Source: Mobula hypostoma
Taxonomy: Eukaryota
NCBI RefSeq assembly: GCF_963921235.1
Contig: NC_086097.1
Coordinates: forward strand, 184,204,001 to 184,268,000
Reading direction: 5' to 3'
Length of the DNA stretch: 64,000 bases
The notes under the pieces are model-generated. The model saw nothing but the letters and a program-made list of their open reading frames with translations, was not told the DNA's origin and made no database searches. Of the stretch, positions 26,514-39,502 are shown one piece after another; positions within the stretch are counted from its first letter, which is position 1, and each line of letters starts with the position of its first letter. A program made the translations under genes and the position numbers.

Positions 26514-27930
26514 GAATCAGAATCAAAAACAGGTTTAATCTCACTGGCATAAGTCATGAAACTTGTTGTCTTTGTGGTAGCAGTACAATACAACGTATAA
26601 TACTAGAAAACAAACAAGAATTACAGTAAGTATATATATTAAATAGTTAAATTAAACTAGAAGTGCAAAAATAAAAATTAATAAGTAGTGAGGTAGTGTT
26701 CATGGGTTCAATGTCCACTCAGAAATCAGATGGCAGAGGGGAAGAAGTTGTTTCTGAATCATTGAGTGTGTGCCTTCAAGCTTCTGTAGCTCCTTCCCAA
26801 ATGGTAGCAACAAGAACAAGGCAGGTCCTGGGTGATGGGGGTCTTTAATGATGGATGCCACCTTTTTGTGGCATCACTTCTTGAAGATATCCTGGAAGCT
26901 GGGAGGCTAGTGCCCATGATGGAGCTGACTGAGTTTACAATTTTCTGCAGTTTATTTGGACCCTGTGCAGTGGCTAGCCCTCCCCATACTGAACGGTGAT
27001 AGAGCCAGCTAGACTGCTCTCCGTTGCACATTTGTAGAAATTTGAGTGTTTTTTGTGACATACAAAATCTCATCAAACTCCTAATGAAATATAACTGTTG
27101 TTGTGCCTTCTTTGTAGCTGCATTGATATGTTGAGCCCAGGAAGATATTGACATTCAGGAACTTGAAATTGCTCACTTTCTCCACTTCTGATCCCTTTAT
27201 GAGGACTGGTGTGTGTTCCATTATTTTACCCTTTCTTAAATACTCAATCAGTTCTTTGGTCTTACTGACATTGAGTGCAGGGTTGTTGCTGCAACACCAC
27301 TTAACTAGCAGATATATCTCACTCCTGTACATCCTCTCGACATCATCTGAAATTTTGCCAACAATAGTTGTGTGTTCAGCAAATTCACCTGTGCCTAGCC
27401 ACACAGTCATGGGTGTAGACAGAGTAGGGGGCTAAGCACAGATCCTTGAGGTGTGCCAGTGTTGATTGTCAGCAAGGTGGAGATGTAATTTCTGATCTGC
27501 ACAGATTGTGTCTTCCTGTTAAAGTCGTAGACCCAGTTGCAGAGGGAGGTACAGAGGCCCAGGTTTTGGTGCTTATCAATCATAACTGTAGGAATAATTG
27601 TGTTAAATGTTGAGCTGTAGGCAATAAACATAGGTATTTGTATTGTCCAGGTGATTCAAGGCCACGTGAAGAGCTAATGAGATTGCATCTGCTGTTGACC
27701 TGTTGTGGTGATAGGTAAATTGTAGTGGGTCCAAGTCCTTGCAAGCCATAACTCACCTCTCCAAGCACTTCATCACCGTAGGTGTGAGTGCTACTGACTG
27801 ATAGTCGTCGAGGCAGCTAACCCTGCTCTTCTTGGGCACTGGAGTGATTGTTGCCCTTTTGAAGCAGGTTGGAACTTCTGACTGTACCAGTGAGAGATTA
27901 AACATGCATACCAGTTGGTTAGCACGGGTT
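26514..27930 (-). mobile_element. Rex1/Babar-like LINE fragment
   Basis: [28 protein letters not shown] and LNVSKTKELI motifs; tail at ~26515. Confidence 0.9.
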
Positions 27931-28536
27931 TGCAGAGTAGGTGAAACTCAGGGTTAGGGAAGGGAACATTGATTTTGACATTTGATGTGACCTCCGGGAG
28001 ATGAGGGGAAGGCAGAGAATGAGATTAATCTGAGGGTACCAGGAATTAAGCAGTTTAGGCCTCCCAGGTTGACACTTCGAGAAAGTTCATACAACAATAG
28101 GCAAACCCAGGATAATGCATTTCAAATTCCTCTGCAATGCTCTGTGAGACTTTGTCTCATAAATAGTGTCTCCGTCACAAGGTATTCCACAGGATTTTCA
28201 AAGTGAACCCAAATGACCCAGGAATGGTTGTTTTGTTTCACGCAAAAGAGATCCTTTACACATTCCTGAAAAGTAGTTCAGTAATTGAATTTTAACAGAC
28301 CCCCCTGATCTTATTGCAATGCGCAGTGAAGATATTCCATTTGCTATGGTTAATGTTCATATCCCAATATCATTGATTACACAATTACCAAGTTCAAGTT
28401 TAATTGTCATTCAACTATGCGTGAATACAGCCAAACTAAACAGTGTTAGTCTGGGGCCAAGGTGCAAAACATAGTACCCACAGTCACACAGCACACAAGG
28501 CACATACAAGTAAATCCCTGAGTGCTATGCCCTGTA

Positions 28537-28846
28537 TGTTGTGTTGGTGCGTGGCCAAGTGGTTAAGGCATTCGTCTAGTGACCTGAAGGTCACTAGTTC
28601 GAGCTGAGGCAGTGTGTTGTGTCCTTCAGCAAGGCACTTAGCCACATATTGCTCTGTGACGACACCGGTGCCAAGCTGTATGGGTCCTAATGCCCTTCCC
28701 TTGGACAACATTGGTGGCATGGAGAGGGGAGACTTGCAGCATGGGCAACTGACAGTCTTCCATACAACCTTGCCCAGGCCTGTGCCCTGGAAACCTTCCA
28801 AGGCGCAAATCCATGGTCTCACGAGACTAATGGATGCCTATATAAA
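28537..28846 (+). mobile_element. Young tRNA-derived SINE
   Basis: A box tggccaagtgg and B box agttcgagc; exact 11-bp TSD tatgccctgta at 28526-28536 and 28847-28857. Confidence 0.88.
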
Positions 28847-29104
28847 TATGCCCTGTAAATTGACGGTGCACATTGTTGTTAATGGGAGTTGCAACATACA
28901 AATTAGTTGCCACTTCTCCCTCACTTTGAAATGGCCCAAGGCTGTGAAAATGACTATATAAAGAGATCCCCTCCCCATTTTCATGTGTCAAAGATGTGGA
29001 CGAAGTGCTGTAATGTAGCTATCCAGGCAATGAGATTGAAAAAATGGTTTTGGTTTCAATGCTTTTGGAGGAAAATTTTGTATCTCCAGAACTGGTTGAC
29101 AGAC

Positions 29105-29720
29105 AAGGTGTCTCCTGCGCGGCGCAACATTAGCTGTTATATCCCTCTCCGCGGAGGCTGCCTGACGTGTTGAATATTTGCTGCGTTTTCCGTTTTAATC
29201 TCGCATTTCCAACAGTTTGTTTTTACAGCAACATCTGAATTATTATTCATGGGCAGGGTTTAGAAACTGCAACAGCTGTTCGTGCATGTTCCCAATAATA
29301 CAAAAACATTAAGATAGAGCAGATCGTTTCCATGCGCGGCTCAGAGCGGAAGTGCACCGCGCGGAGACGAGGCTGTCTGGGCGAAGGTCCCGGGCGCAGA
29401 GACGCGGCGCTGGAGGACGAGCTGGTAATGTTTGCACAAGTGGGTACTGTTACTTATTCAGCATGTAATGTACGAGCATATTGCAGACAATATACCACCA
29501 TACTTCCAATACAATATCCCACCTCGTTCAATAGTTGCTCATGGAAATGATTTTAACAATCCCTGGGAGGAATGGGGGCGGCTACTCGCTACTGCGTGCA
29601 GTTGATTGGACGTTCCCAGCACATGTTAATTTTCCATTGGACGACTGTAATGTCAGTGGAATTGGTTTATCGGAAGCAACGTTGACAATTTCTGTTGGAG
29701 TTTCTAAACGGGAAGTCAAC
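29105..29720 (+). promoter_or_regulatory. TRIQK: CpG-rich promoter, probably of TRIQK
   Basis: The most CpG-dense non-repeat stretch seen; ETS/GABP motif gcggaagtg at 29346-29354; gattgg (reverse CCAAT) near 29604. Confidence 0.7.
29345..29424 (+). other. TRIQK: Putative non-coding first exon (start approximate)
   Basis: GC-rich segment ending at a CTG|GTAATG splice donor (GT at 29425-29426). Confidence 0.5.
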
Positions 29721-30913
29721 AAGTTATATTATTGATTTGCCGTGATAAACATTTAATTATTAAGTATTGTATGGCTGTGTTACAACAGACAATCCTTTAA
29801 AAAATCATTTGTTTTCAAAACCTGCATCCGAACTAACTGCTTTTTTACCACCAACTCTGCCGACATGGAAGGGAAAGGACTTGCATTTAGACAGTTCATC
29901 TTATAACTATCAACAGTTCTAAAGTATTGTGCAGAATACTTTCAAGGCTGGGCACCAGGGTTGTCAAGTCTGGCACAATGTTTTCCCGTAAGTTTGCTGA
30001 ATCAAGTGATATATCACTAACAATGTAATTTAACTGCAGATGAAGGAATTTCATAATGCAATTAAAAAAAAAACTAAAGACCACTAATCTGAAACTTGAA
30101 TTTGATAAAACGTTGAAAATCTGGCAGAGATTTGGAATGGTACATGATAGGTACTGAGATTTTGGTACTCAGGACTGAACTACTGAGGTAGAAACACCTT
30201 TAACACCAGCAATACACAAGATGCCAGTTGCCATTCCACCAAAGTGCCAGCCAGTACGAAGGGTCAGAAAATCTGAAATAACTTCATTGGCATTCATTTT
30301 CTGTCTGAAATTCATGATCTCTTTGAGAAGGAAGGGCAAAGGAAACAGGTACATTGGAACACTTCCATCTGGTGATTCTCCACCAAGTCACCTAAGACAT
30401 AGCAGCTGAATTGGGCTATTTGGCCCATTGAGTTTGTTTTGTCATTCTTTCAAGGCTGATTTATCATTCCTTTCAACTCCCTTTCTTCTTCCTTCACCAC
30501 ATAAACTTGAAGCCCTTACTCATCAAGAACCTATCAAGCTCCACTTTAAATATACCTAATGACCTGGCCTCCACAGCTGTCTGTGGTGATGAATTCCACA
30601 GATTCACTGCTCTATGGCTAAAGAAATTTCTCTTCATCTCTGTTCTAAATGGACACTCCTCTATTCTGAGGATGTGCCTTCTCGTCCTAGACCCCCCCCC
30701 CCATGGAAACATCCTCTCCATATCAACTATCTAGGCCTTTCAATGTTCAATAAGTTTCAGTGAAATATTCCCTCATTCTTTTAAACTCCAGCGAGTATAG
30801 CCCAGGGCTATCATACACTCCTATTTGTTAAAGCTTTCACTCCCTGAATCATTCTCATGAACCCCCTTTGGAGCCTCCCTGATGCTGGCACATCTTTTCT
30901 AGATAAGGGGCCC

Positions 30914-31910
30914 AGTGGCATGCCTCAGGGATCTGTTCTGGGACCCCTACTCTTCATGATTTTTATAACGACCTGGATGAGGAAGTGGAGGGATGAGTTA
31001 GTAAATTTGTTGATGACACAAAGGTTGTGAGTGTTGTGGATAGTGTGGAGGGCTGTCAGAGGTTACAGCGGGACATTGATAGGATGAAAAACTGGGCTGA
31101 GAAGTGGCAGATGGAGTTCAACCCAGATAAGTGTGAAGTGGTTCATTTTGGTAGATCAAATATGATGGCAGAATACAGTATTAATGGTAAGACTCTTGGC
31201 AGTGTGGAGGATCAGAGGGATCTTGGGGTCCAAGTCCATAGGACACTCAAAGCTGCTACGCAGGTTGACTCAGTGGTTAAGAAAGCATATGGTGCATTGG
31301 CCTTCATCAATCGTGGGATTGAGTTTAGGAGCTGAGAGGTAATGTTGCAGCTATATAGGACCCTGGTCAGACTCCACTTGGAGGACTGTGCTCAGTTCTG
31401 GTCGCCTCACTACAGGAAGGATGTGGAAACTATAGAAAGGGTGCAGAGGAGATTTACAAGGATGTTGCCTGGATTGGGGAGCATGCATTTTGAGAATAGG
31501 TTGAGTGAACTTGGCCTTTTCTCCTTGGAGCGACAGAGGATGTGAGGTGACCTGATAGAGGTGTATAAGATGATGAGAGGAATTGATCATGTGGATAGTC
31601 GAGGCTTTTTCCTAGAGCTGAAATGTCCAGCACGAGAGGGCACAGCTTTAAGGTGCTTGGAAGTAAGTACAGAGGAGATGTCAGGGTATGTTTTTTATGC
31701 AGAGAGTCGTGTGTGTATAGAATGGGCTGCCGGCGACGGTGGTGGAGGCGTATACGATAAGGTCTTTTAAGAGACTCCTGGATAGGTACATGGAGCTTAG
31801 AAAAATAGAGGGCTATTGGTAACCCTAGGTAATTTCTAAGGTAAAGATATGTTCAGCACAACTTTGTGGGCTAAAGGGCCTGTATTGTGCTGTAGGTTTT
31901 CTATATTTCT
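30914..31910 (+). mobile_element. Younger CR1 LINE nested in opposite orientation
   Basis: SGMPQGSVLGPLLF and KFVDDTK motifs; ORFs 31027-31335 and 31342-31545. Confidence 0.92.
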
Positions 31911-32045
31911 AAAACCGCTCGCAATACTCTGTGCGGTCTGACAAATGAATTATAAAGCCTCAGCATTACATCATGGTTTGTATGTTCTAGTCTTTTTGAA
32001 ATGAATGCTAACTTTGCAGTTGTCTTCTTTAGAACTGACTCAACA

Positions 32046-32301
32046 TAAGGCATGGTAGCGTAGTGGTTAGCACAATACTTTACAGTACCAGGGACCTGGG
32101 TTCAATTCCTGTAAGGAGTTTGTACGTTCTCCTTGTGACCTCATGGGTTTCTAACGGTTGCTCCAGTTTCCTCGCACTGTCCAAAGATGTACTGATTGGT
32201 AAGTTAAATGGTCAATGTAAATTGTCCCGTGATTAATTGCTGGGTGGTGTTGCTCGAGGGCCGCGAAAAGCCTACTCGGTGCTATATCTTAATAAGTAAA
32301 T
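32046..32301 (+). mobile_element. tRNA-derived SINE nested in CR1
   Basis: ggtagcgtagtggttagc A box and gggttcaattcc B box; SINE core shared with other copies. Confidence 0.8.
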
Positions 32302-34271
32302 AACTTGCAAGTTAATCTTTAGGGAATCTTGCACGAAGCCTCCCAAGTCCCTTTGCACCTCTGATTTTTGAATTTTTTTCCCCCATTTAGAAAATAGTCT
32401 ACACCTTTATTCCTTCCACTAAAGTACATGAATGTACATTTCCCGACACTATATTCCACCTGCCACTTATTTACCCATTCTCCTAATCTAATTCATCCTG
32501 CAGAATCCCTGCTTCCTCAACACCACTTGATCCTCCAGCTATCTTCGTGCCACAAAGCCCTTCATCCAAATCATTGACATACAACGTGAAGATAGATGGT
32601 CCCAATACCAACTCCTGTGGAACACCGCTAATCTCCGGCCGCCAACCGGAAAAGGCCCGATTTATTCCCACACTTTGCTTCCTGCCAGTCAGCCAATCTT
32701 CTATCCGTGCTAGTATCTTTCCTGTAATACCATGGGCTTTTATCTTGTGAAGCAGCCTCATGTGCAGCCCTGTCAAAGGCCTTCTGAAAATCCAAGTAAA
32801 CAGCATCCACTGACTCTCTTTTGTCTATCCTGCCAGTTATTTCCTCAAAGAATTCCAACAGATTTGTCAGGCAAGATTTCCCCTTAAGGAAACCATGCAT
32901 AAGGGAAAATATTTAAAAAAATTACATTCAGTTTTCCTTCACTCTCAGTGAGTCTAAATCCCAGATTCTACAGCAGTCTGTGAGTACCTTTACCAGAAGG
33001 ACTGCATCTTTTAAAAGGGTAGTTCGCCATTTTTACCAAGGAGAATTGGGGATAGGCAATTAGTGCTGGCAGGTCAATTGAAGATTTGTGGAGCTCTGCA
33101 GGGAGGTACTCAAAGCAGGTAGTCAAAGATCTCTACGAAGTTCCTTGGAAACCAACAGTGGCTTTGCTTCGGAACTGTTTGCTTTTATATTAAATTATCC
33201 AGAGGATATATATTTTGGCCTTATGATGTGGATTTATATTATATAGTTGATTATAGGATTCTGCTAAATTTCCGTGAACAAAATATGTTTTAATAAATAG
33301 AATTCATCTTCTTGATAATGGACTTGAGCACCTTGAGCAAGTAGATCTGTTTGGCGAAGAGTATTAACTAAATAGAATCTTTGGACTTGGATGTGGCTTG
33401 AAAGGCTGCTCTTGTCTAGAAGATCATAGCAGACCGTTTTTTAGAACCACTGCTATCCATGTGGTGAAATCACTTATGGTACTCCCTCAGAGATGTTAAA
33501 AAGCAATTTTTGGATTGAAGAAAGTTGAAAAGTTGGAATTGTACATCCAAAGCAGATAACAGGCTGAAGTGCTCGTAAGAGGCTTATTTGATACTAGGGT
33601 AATGGTCCATTGAGAACCACTCTCTCCTAGTATGAGCTGATGAAGAATGTAAGCTGAATTGTGGAGCTAGAGTGAAAACGGGTGGGGTCTTATTAAATTG
33701 AAAAAAAGAGAAGAGTGCTGTGAACATGGGGAGATATCTTCAAGGCTAACGTGGTGAGATGCAACAATACTTTTAAAATTGATAGCAAAAATGTTTTATT
33801 CAATAAATAAAAGGGTGATCAGAATAGCAGCATGGAAGAAATGCATTCATTTCATTGTGTCCATACAGTAAATGCCATACAGCTGGTTCCACCCTCCATG
33901 CCTTCTCCATAAAAGCCTGTATTTTCTCTTTCTTTTTAGCTATTTATTCAGTTCCCTTTTGATGTCTGCAGTTAAATCTGCCTCCCACTACTGCCTTAAC
34001 AGTGCAATCCAGACCCCAAAGATTCACTGCCAAGAAAGCTTTTTTTTTTCTTATTTCAGTTTCGATCTTTTGCTAATTATTTTCTGGTTCTGGAGATTTG
34101 TAGACATTTCAATTCTTTTGATTCTGACTTTTTTTTATTTTTTTTCTCTCAAACACTTCTGCTTGAAGGAAAGCAACCACCGTCTTTCCCATCTATTTAC
34201 GTGATTAAGCTGAAAGCCTGGAATCATGCTTGTTAATTACCTGCTTTTCCAAAGCATCCATATTTTTCATG

Positions 34272-34672
34272 ATCATAAGAAATTCTGCAGGTGTGAACAA
34301 TCCAAAGCAACATACACAAAATGCTAGAGGAACTCAGTAGGTCAGGCAGCATCCATGAAAATGAACTGTCAATGTTTTGAGCCAAGTCCCTTCTTCAGGA
34401 CTGGAAAGGAAAGGGGGAGGATGCCAGAATAAACAAGTGGGGGAAGAGGATAAAAGGATATCTCGATAATAGATGAAGCCCTGTGGGTGGAAAAGGTAAA
34501 GAGCTGGAGTTGAAGAAATCTGATAGGAGGAGAGTGGACCATAGGAGAAAGGGGAGGAGGAGGGACCCAGGGGGAGGTGATAGGCAGGTGAGAAGAGCTA
34601 AGAGGCCAGAGTGGGGAATAGAAGAAGAGGGGAGGGGTGGGAATTTGTTTTACCAGAAGAAATTCATGTTTT
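34272..34672 (-). mobile_element. Older PLE 3' fragment
   Basis: gaactcagtaggtcaggcagcatc terminus and purine-rich tract typical of the family. Confidence 0.8.
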
Positions 34673-35609
34673 TCATAAAGTGCAATACACATTGGTTGTT
34701 TATCTGTCCTGTTGGCTGTGGTCCTTCATGGATTCTGTTATGGATTTACTGAGTACACCCACAAGAAAACAAATCTCAGGGTTGTATATGGTTATACTGT
34801 ATATACGTACTTTGAATTCAGTTCCCTCTGCTTTGAAGTTTTGTGTCACCTGCAAATTTGAAAATTGTGTCCTGTGTATCTGTGTCCAAATTGGTAATTT
34901 CTATTAAAATAATTGTCAACGTTGTAAACTCATACACCATTACTGAAAATCAAAAATAAAACAGAAAATGTTAGAAGCATCGGTAGGCTAGGCGAGATAT
35001 GTGGAAAGAGAAACGTGTCACACCAAAATGCTGTCATCAGAATGGTCTGTAGAATTGTCTTTGCCCTGATAGGTTAATGCTGCCTGACTTGCCAAGTGTG
35101 CCCAGAATGTTCTCTGTTCACTATTCCTCTCTTTTCCGAGAGTACCTGTCACAAACCTCTGCAACATGTTGAACCTAGACTATAGTTGTTACTTCACTTA
35201 TGACAAAATCATATTCTGGCACTTGTGTTTCTTAGAGGTTATCACCGTGTGTTACAAATGCTTTGCAATAAGACAGTAGCATGTCGGCAAGTGAAGGAGA
35301 TTGTAAGCCCATGTAATCGTTTGAGTAATATGTTATTCAGACAGAAAATGGTGGAAACATTCAACTGGTCAGGAAGAACCTGTGCAAGGGAAAGCAGAGT
35401 TAATGTTTCTGGTGATACTGTTCATCAGAACTGGGAAAGAGCTGATGCGCCTTTAACTGCCATATTACCCTTTTCTCAACCTATCAGAGATACTCACCTT
35501 GTTCTGTCCTTTCTTCCCCCACCTCCTCTGCTAATGAAAACTAATTAATTTTCTCTTTTTCCGGTTCTGACAAAGGATCTCGCACGTCTGAAACATCATC
35601 TCTGTCTTG

Positions 35610-36072
35610 AGTGTGGCGCAATAACGTAGCGGTTCGCAAAATGCTTTACAGCGCCAGCTATGAGATTGTGGTTCGGTTTCTCCAGCTGTCTGTGAGGTGT
35701 TTGTACGTTCTTCCCACGACCTTATGGGTTTCCGCACGAGTTTGTACGTTCTTCCCACGACCATGTGTGTTTTCACATGGTGTTTGTACGTTCTTCCCAT
35801 GACCATGTGGGTTTCCGCATGAGTTTGTACATTCTTCCCATGACTGTGTGGATTTCCGTTTGGCACTCTGGTTTCCTCTGAAATCCAGAGGTCGCAAATG
35901 TCAAGGTTTGTAAGTTGTGAGCATGCTATGTTGGTGCTGGAAGTGTGGCCCCACCTGCGGGCTGCTCTGAACACAATCCTCGCTGTATTGATTTAAAACA
36001 AGTGCCGCATTTCACTGTACAATTATGTTCTGGTGTTTCAGTGTATACATGGAAAAAAAAGTTAATCTTTAA
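35610..36072 (+). mobile_element. SINE with internal 4 x ~41-bp tandem repeat
   Basis: Units tttgtacgttcttcccacgacc.. at 35697-35858. Confidence 0.75.
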
Positions 36073-36772
36073 TCTTTTCCACAGGTGTTGCCTGATCTCT
36101 TTTATTTCAGATTTCCAGCATGTGCATATTTTTAGAATTGAATTATAAAATCTAAATTTGAATAACTTTAGGCCACAGTATTTAGAGTATAGAATACATG
36201 CCATACTCTTACACCATAAGACTCAGGAGCAGAATTAGCCATTCAGCCATTGTCTACTCCAGTATTTTATCATGGCTGATTTTTGAAATTCCTCTCAACT
36301 TCGTTCTCCTGTCCTCCCCTTGTAAACTTTGATGCCGTTGATAATCAAGAATCTTATCAACCTTCTCTTTAAATATACCCAATGACTTGGCCTCTACAGC
36401 CATCTGTGGTAATGTATTCCACAGATTCACCACCTTTTAGCTAAAGAAATTCCTCCTTATCTTTGTTTCTGTTCTAAAACTGTTCCCTCTGGTCCAAACC
36501 TCTCTCCTCCCCCCCACCCCCCAAGCTATAGGAAACATCCTCATCACACCTGCTCTACCTAGGCCTTTCAGTATTTGACAGGTTTCAGTCAGATTACACT
36601 GCCCCACCCCATTTTTCTACATTTCTGCGAATAAAGGCCCAGAGTCATCAGGTGCTCCTCATATGTTAACTCTTTCATTCCCCGGATAATTTTTGTGAAC
36701 CTCCTCTGGACCCTCTCCTATGCCAGCACACCCTTTCTTAGATGAGAGGAAGAAAACTACTCACAATGCTCC

Positions 36773-36891
36773 AAGCAACACACATCAAAGTTGCTGGTGA
36801 ACGCAGCAGGCCAGGCAACATCTCTAGGAAGAGGTGCAGTCGACGTTTCAGGCCGAGACCCTTCATCAGGACTAACTGAAGGAAGTTCGTC
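36773..36891 (-). mobile_element. Short PLE 3'-end insert with hammerhead motif
   Basis: 9-bp TSD caatgctcc at 36764-36772 and 36892-36900. Confidence 0.88.
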
Positions 36892-37182
36892 CAATGCTCC
36901 GTGTGGTCTGACCAATGCCTTATGAAGCTTCAGCATTACATCCTTTTATATTCTAGTCCTCTCAAAATGAATGCGAACATTGTAGTTCCCTTCCTTACCA
37001 TGGATTCAAACTGCAGGTTAATGTTTAGGGAATCCTCCACGAGGACTCCCAAGTCCCTTTGTACATCTGATTTCTGAAAGTAGTCTACACCTTTATTCCT
37101 CTACCAAAGTGTAAAGCCATACACTTTCTTATACTGTATTCCATCTCCTACTTCTTTGCCTATTCTCCTAATCTGCCTAAGT

Positions 37183-37261
37183 TGGGAGTTCTCAACCTAG
37201 GACCAGGGACCACTTGGTTAATGGTAGGGGTCCATGAAATAAGAAAGGTTAGGAACCCCTG
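37183..37261. mobile_element. ~79-bp hAT-like MITE
   Basis: Imperfect TIRs tgggagttctcaacct / aggttaggaacccctg; degenerate 8-bp TSD gcctaagt / gtctcagt. Confidence 0.6.
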
Positions 37262-37597
37262 GTCTCAGTCCTTCAGCAGACTCCCTGTTTCCTCATCGTT
37301 ACCTGTCCCTCCATCTATCTTTGCATCATCCACAGACTTGACTACCAGGCCATCAATTTACTTACCCAAATCATTGATATGTAACACGAAAAGAATCGGT
37401 TCCAACCTGACCCCTTGGAACACCACTAGTCACTGGCAGCCAACCGGAAAAGGCCCCCTTTATTCCTGCTCTTTGCCTCCTGACACTCGCCAATTTTCTA
37501 TCCAGGCTCATATCTTTCCTGTTACACCATGGATTCTTATCTTGTTTATCAGCTTTATATATGGCTCCTTGTCAATGGCCTTCTGAAAATCCAAGTA

Positions 37598-37943
37598 TAG
37601 TCATAGTCATACTTTATTGATCCCATGGGAAACTGGTTTTCGTTACAGTTGCACCATAAATAATAAATAGTAATAGAACCATAAATAGTTAAATAGTAAT
37701 ATGTAAATTATGCCAGTAAATTATGAAATAAGTCCAGGACCAGCCTATTGGCTCAGGGTGTCTGACCCTCCAAGGGAGGAGTTGTGAAGTTTGATGGCCA
37801 CAGGCAGGAATGACTTCCTATGACGCTCTGTGTTGCATCTCGGTGGAATGAGTCTCTGGCTGAATGTACTCCATTGCCCACCCAGTACATTATGTAGTGG
37901 ATGGGAGATATTGACCAAGATGGCATGCAACTTAGACAGCCTC
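37598..37943 (-). mobile_element. Rex1-type LINE 3' end
   Basis: ORF 37745-37954: SHPLHNVL..RLIPPRCNTERHRKSFLPVAIKLHN. Confidence 0.88.
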
Positions 37944-39239
37944 CTAGACAACATCCATAGACTCTCCTTTGTCTATTCTGCCTATAATTGTCTCAAAATA
38001 TTCTAACAGATTTGTTAGGCAAGATTTCCCTTCAAGGAAACCATGCTGACTTTGGCCTATTTTTTCATGTTCCTTCAAGTACCCCGAAACTTCAACCTTA
38101 ATAATGGACTCTGACATCTTATCAACCACTGAAGTGAGGCTAACTGGTCTATCATTTTCCTATCTTTTGCCTCCTTCCCATCTTATAGAACAGAGTGATA
38201 TTTTCTACTTTTCAGTCCTCCAAAACCATTCCAAAGTGTAGTGATTATTGAATGATCACTGCTAATGCCTCCATAATCTCTTTAGCTACCTCTTTTAGAA
38301 CCCTGGGGTATAGTCCATCTGGTCAAAGTTCTACCTTCACCTTTCAGCTTCTACACTCAATTCTGCCCCTTGACATTCTTGAAATTTGGGCATACTACTG
38401 GTGTCTTTGACAGTAAAGACAAATGCAAAATATTATGTTTGTCCATCTTTTCCTTGGCCCTTATTACTACCTGTTCAGCATCATTTTCCAGTGGCGCGAT
38501 ATCGACTCTCACATCTCTTTTACTGTCTGAAAAATCTTTTGGTATCCTCTTTTATATTATTGACTAGTTTACCTCCATATTTCAATTTTTTTTCTCTGCT
38601 TATGACCTTTGTAGTTGCCTTATATTGGTTTTTAAAAGTTTTCCAATCCTCTAATTTCCCACTAATTTTTGCTATATTTTATTTCTTCTCTTTTGCTGTT
38701 GTGCTTTGACTTCCCTTGTCACCCACGGTTGCCTCATTCTCTTTTTAGAATACTTGCTCTTCTTTGGGATGTATCTAACCTGCACTTTCTGAATTCAGAG
38801 TTAATAAAACGTGTACTTCACAGCTACATTGATTGCAGATATCAAATGTGAATTAAAGATACAAAGTGAGAAAGAAGCTAAGGTGTCTTTCAATGGCTGA
38901 GGAAACAAATGCATCTTCTAAACTGTCAGTATTCCTGTCCCAATTTATGGTCACCTGGATACAATTAACAACACTGCTAATGGCCATGAGACGTGAGTAT
39001 GCTGAGCAGACAAGTCGTTAATTCTGTACATCAATTCAATTCATGGCTCTCTCAATCTTGCATAGGTGAACAGGTATAAAACTGCAGGAAGGACGGCCCC
39101 TATTCCTTGTAAGTTAATTTTTTTCCTCATGTACTTTTACAAATTTATAATACCTTCCATTCTTTCAAGTTTAAGACATTTCAGGGTGCAATATAACTAC
39201 ACTGAAAAATTCTGATAATTCAAAAATGGCTGAACGGTA

Positions 39240-39417
39240 GAAGTCACTTAGATCACATTTCTTCCCCATTCTGATTTTTGGTCTGACCAACATCTAAACT
39301 CTTGACCATGTTTAAATACTTTTATGCATTGATTTGCTACGACATAATTGTCTGATTAGATACTTGCATTAATGTGTACCTGTACAGGTGTACCTAATAA
39401 AGTGGCCGCTGGGTGTA
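39240..39417. mobile_element. Tc1/mariner-like non-autonomous element end
   Basis: Terminus gtgtacctaataaagtggccgctgggtgTA resembles fish Tc1-type MITE TIRs (recalled). Confidence 0.6.
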
Positions 39418-39502
39418 ATTAAGCTATGTAAGTGTATGAGTGTTTGCTCAAAGGCTTTGTTAATATTTAAATCAATGCCATTGATTGGCTAGGGTTAAAT
39501 TA

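Larger units (their letters stand above)
30395..32898 (-). mobile_element. CR1 LINE interrupted by a younger CR1 and a SINE
   Basis: HGFLKGKSCLTNLLEFFEE..AVYLDFQKAFD (32628-32900) and the 3' region at 30395-30913. Host sequence gataaggggccc|aaaaccgctc is split by the insertion. Confidence 0.9.
36215..38790 (-). mobile_element. CR1 LINE with three nested insertions
   Basis: SQHGFLEGKSCLTNLLEYFE (ORF 37944-38129) plus a CR1 3' region. Confidence 0.88.

Noticed and set aside
28545..28610. tRNA gene
   Set aside because: The tRNA-like head continues into a SINE body flanked by a TSD; no complete cloverleaf.
29332..29735. ORFs of 72 and 66 aa at the CpG-rich block
   Set aside because: No recognisable protein; the first runs through the probable splice donor.
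35697..35858. CRISPR-like array
   Set aside because: Contiguous tandem units without unique spacers, inside a eukaryotic SINE.
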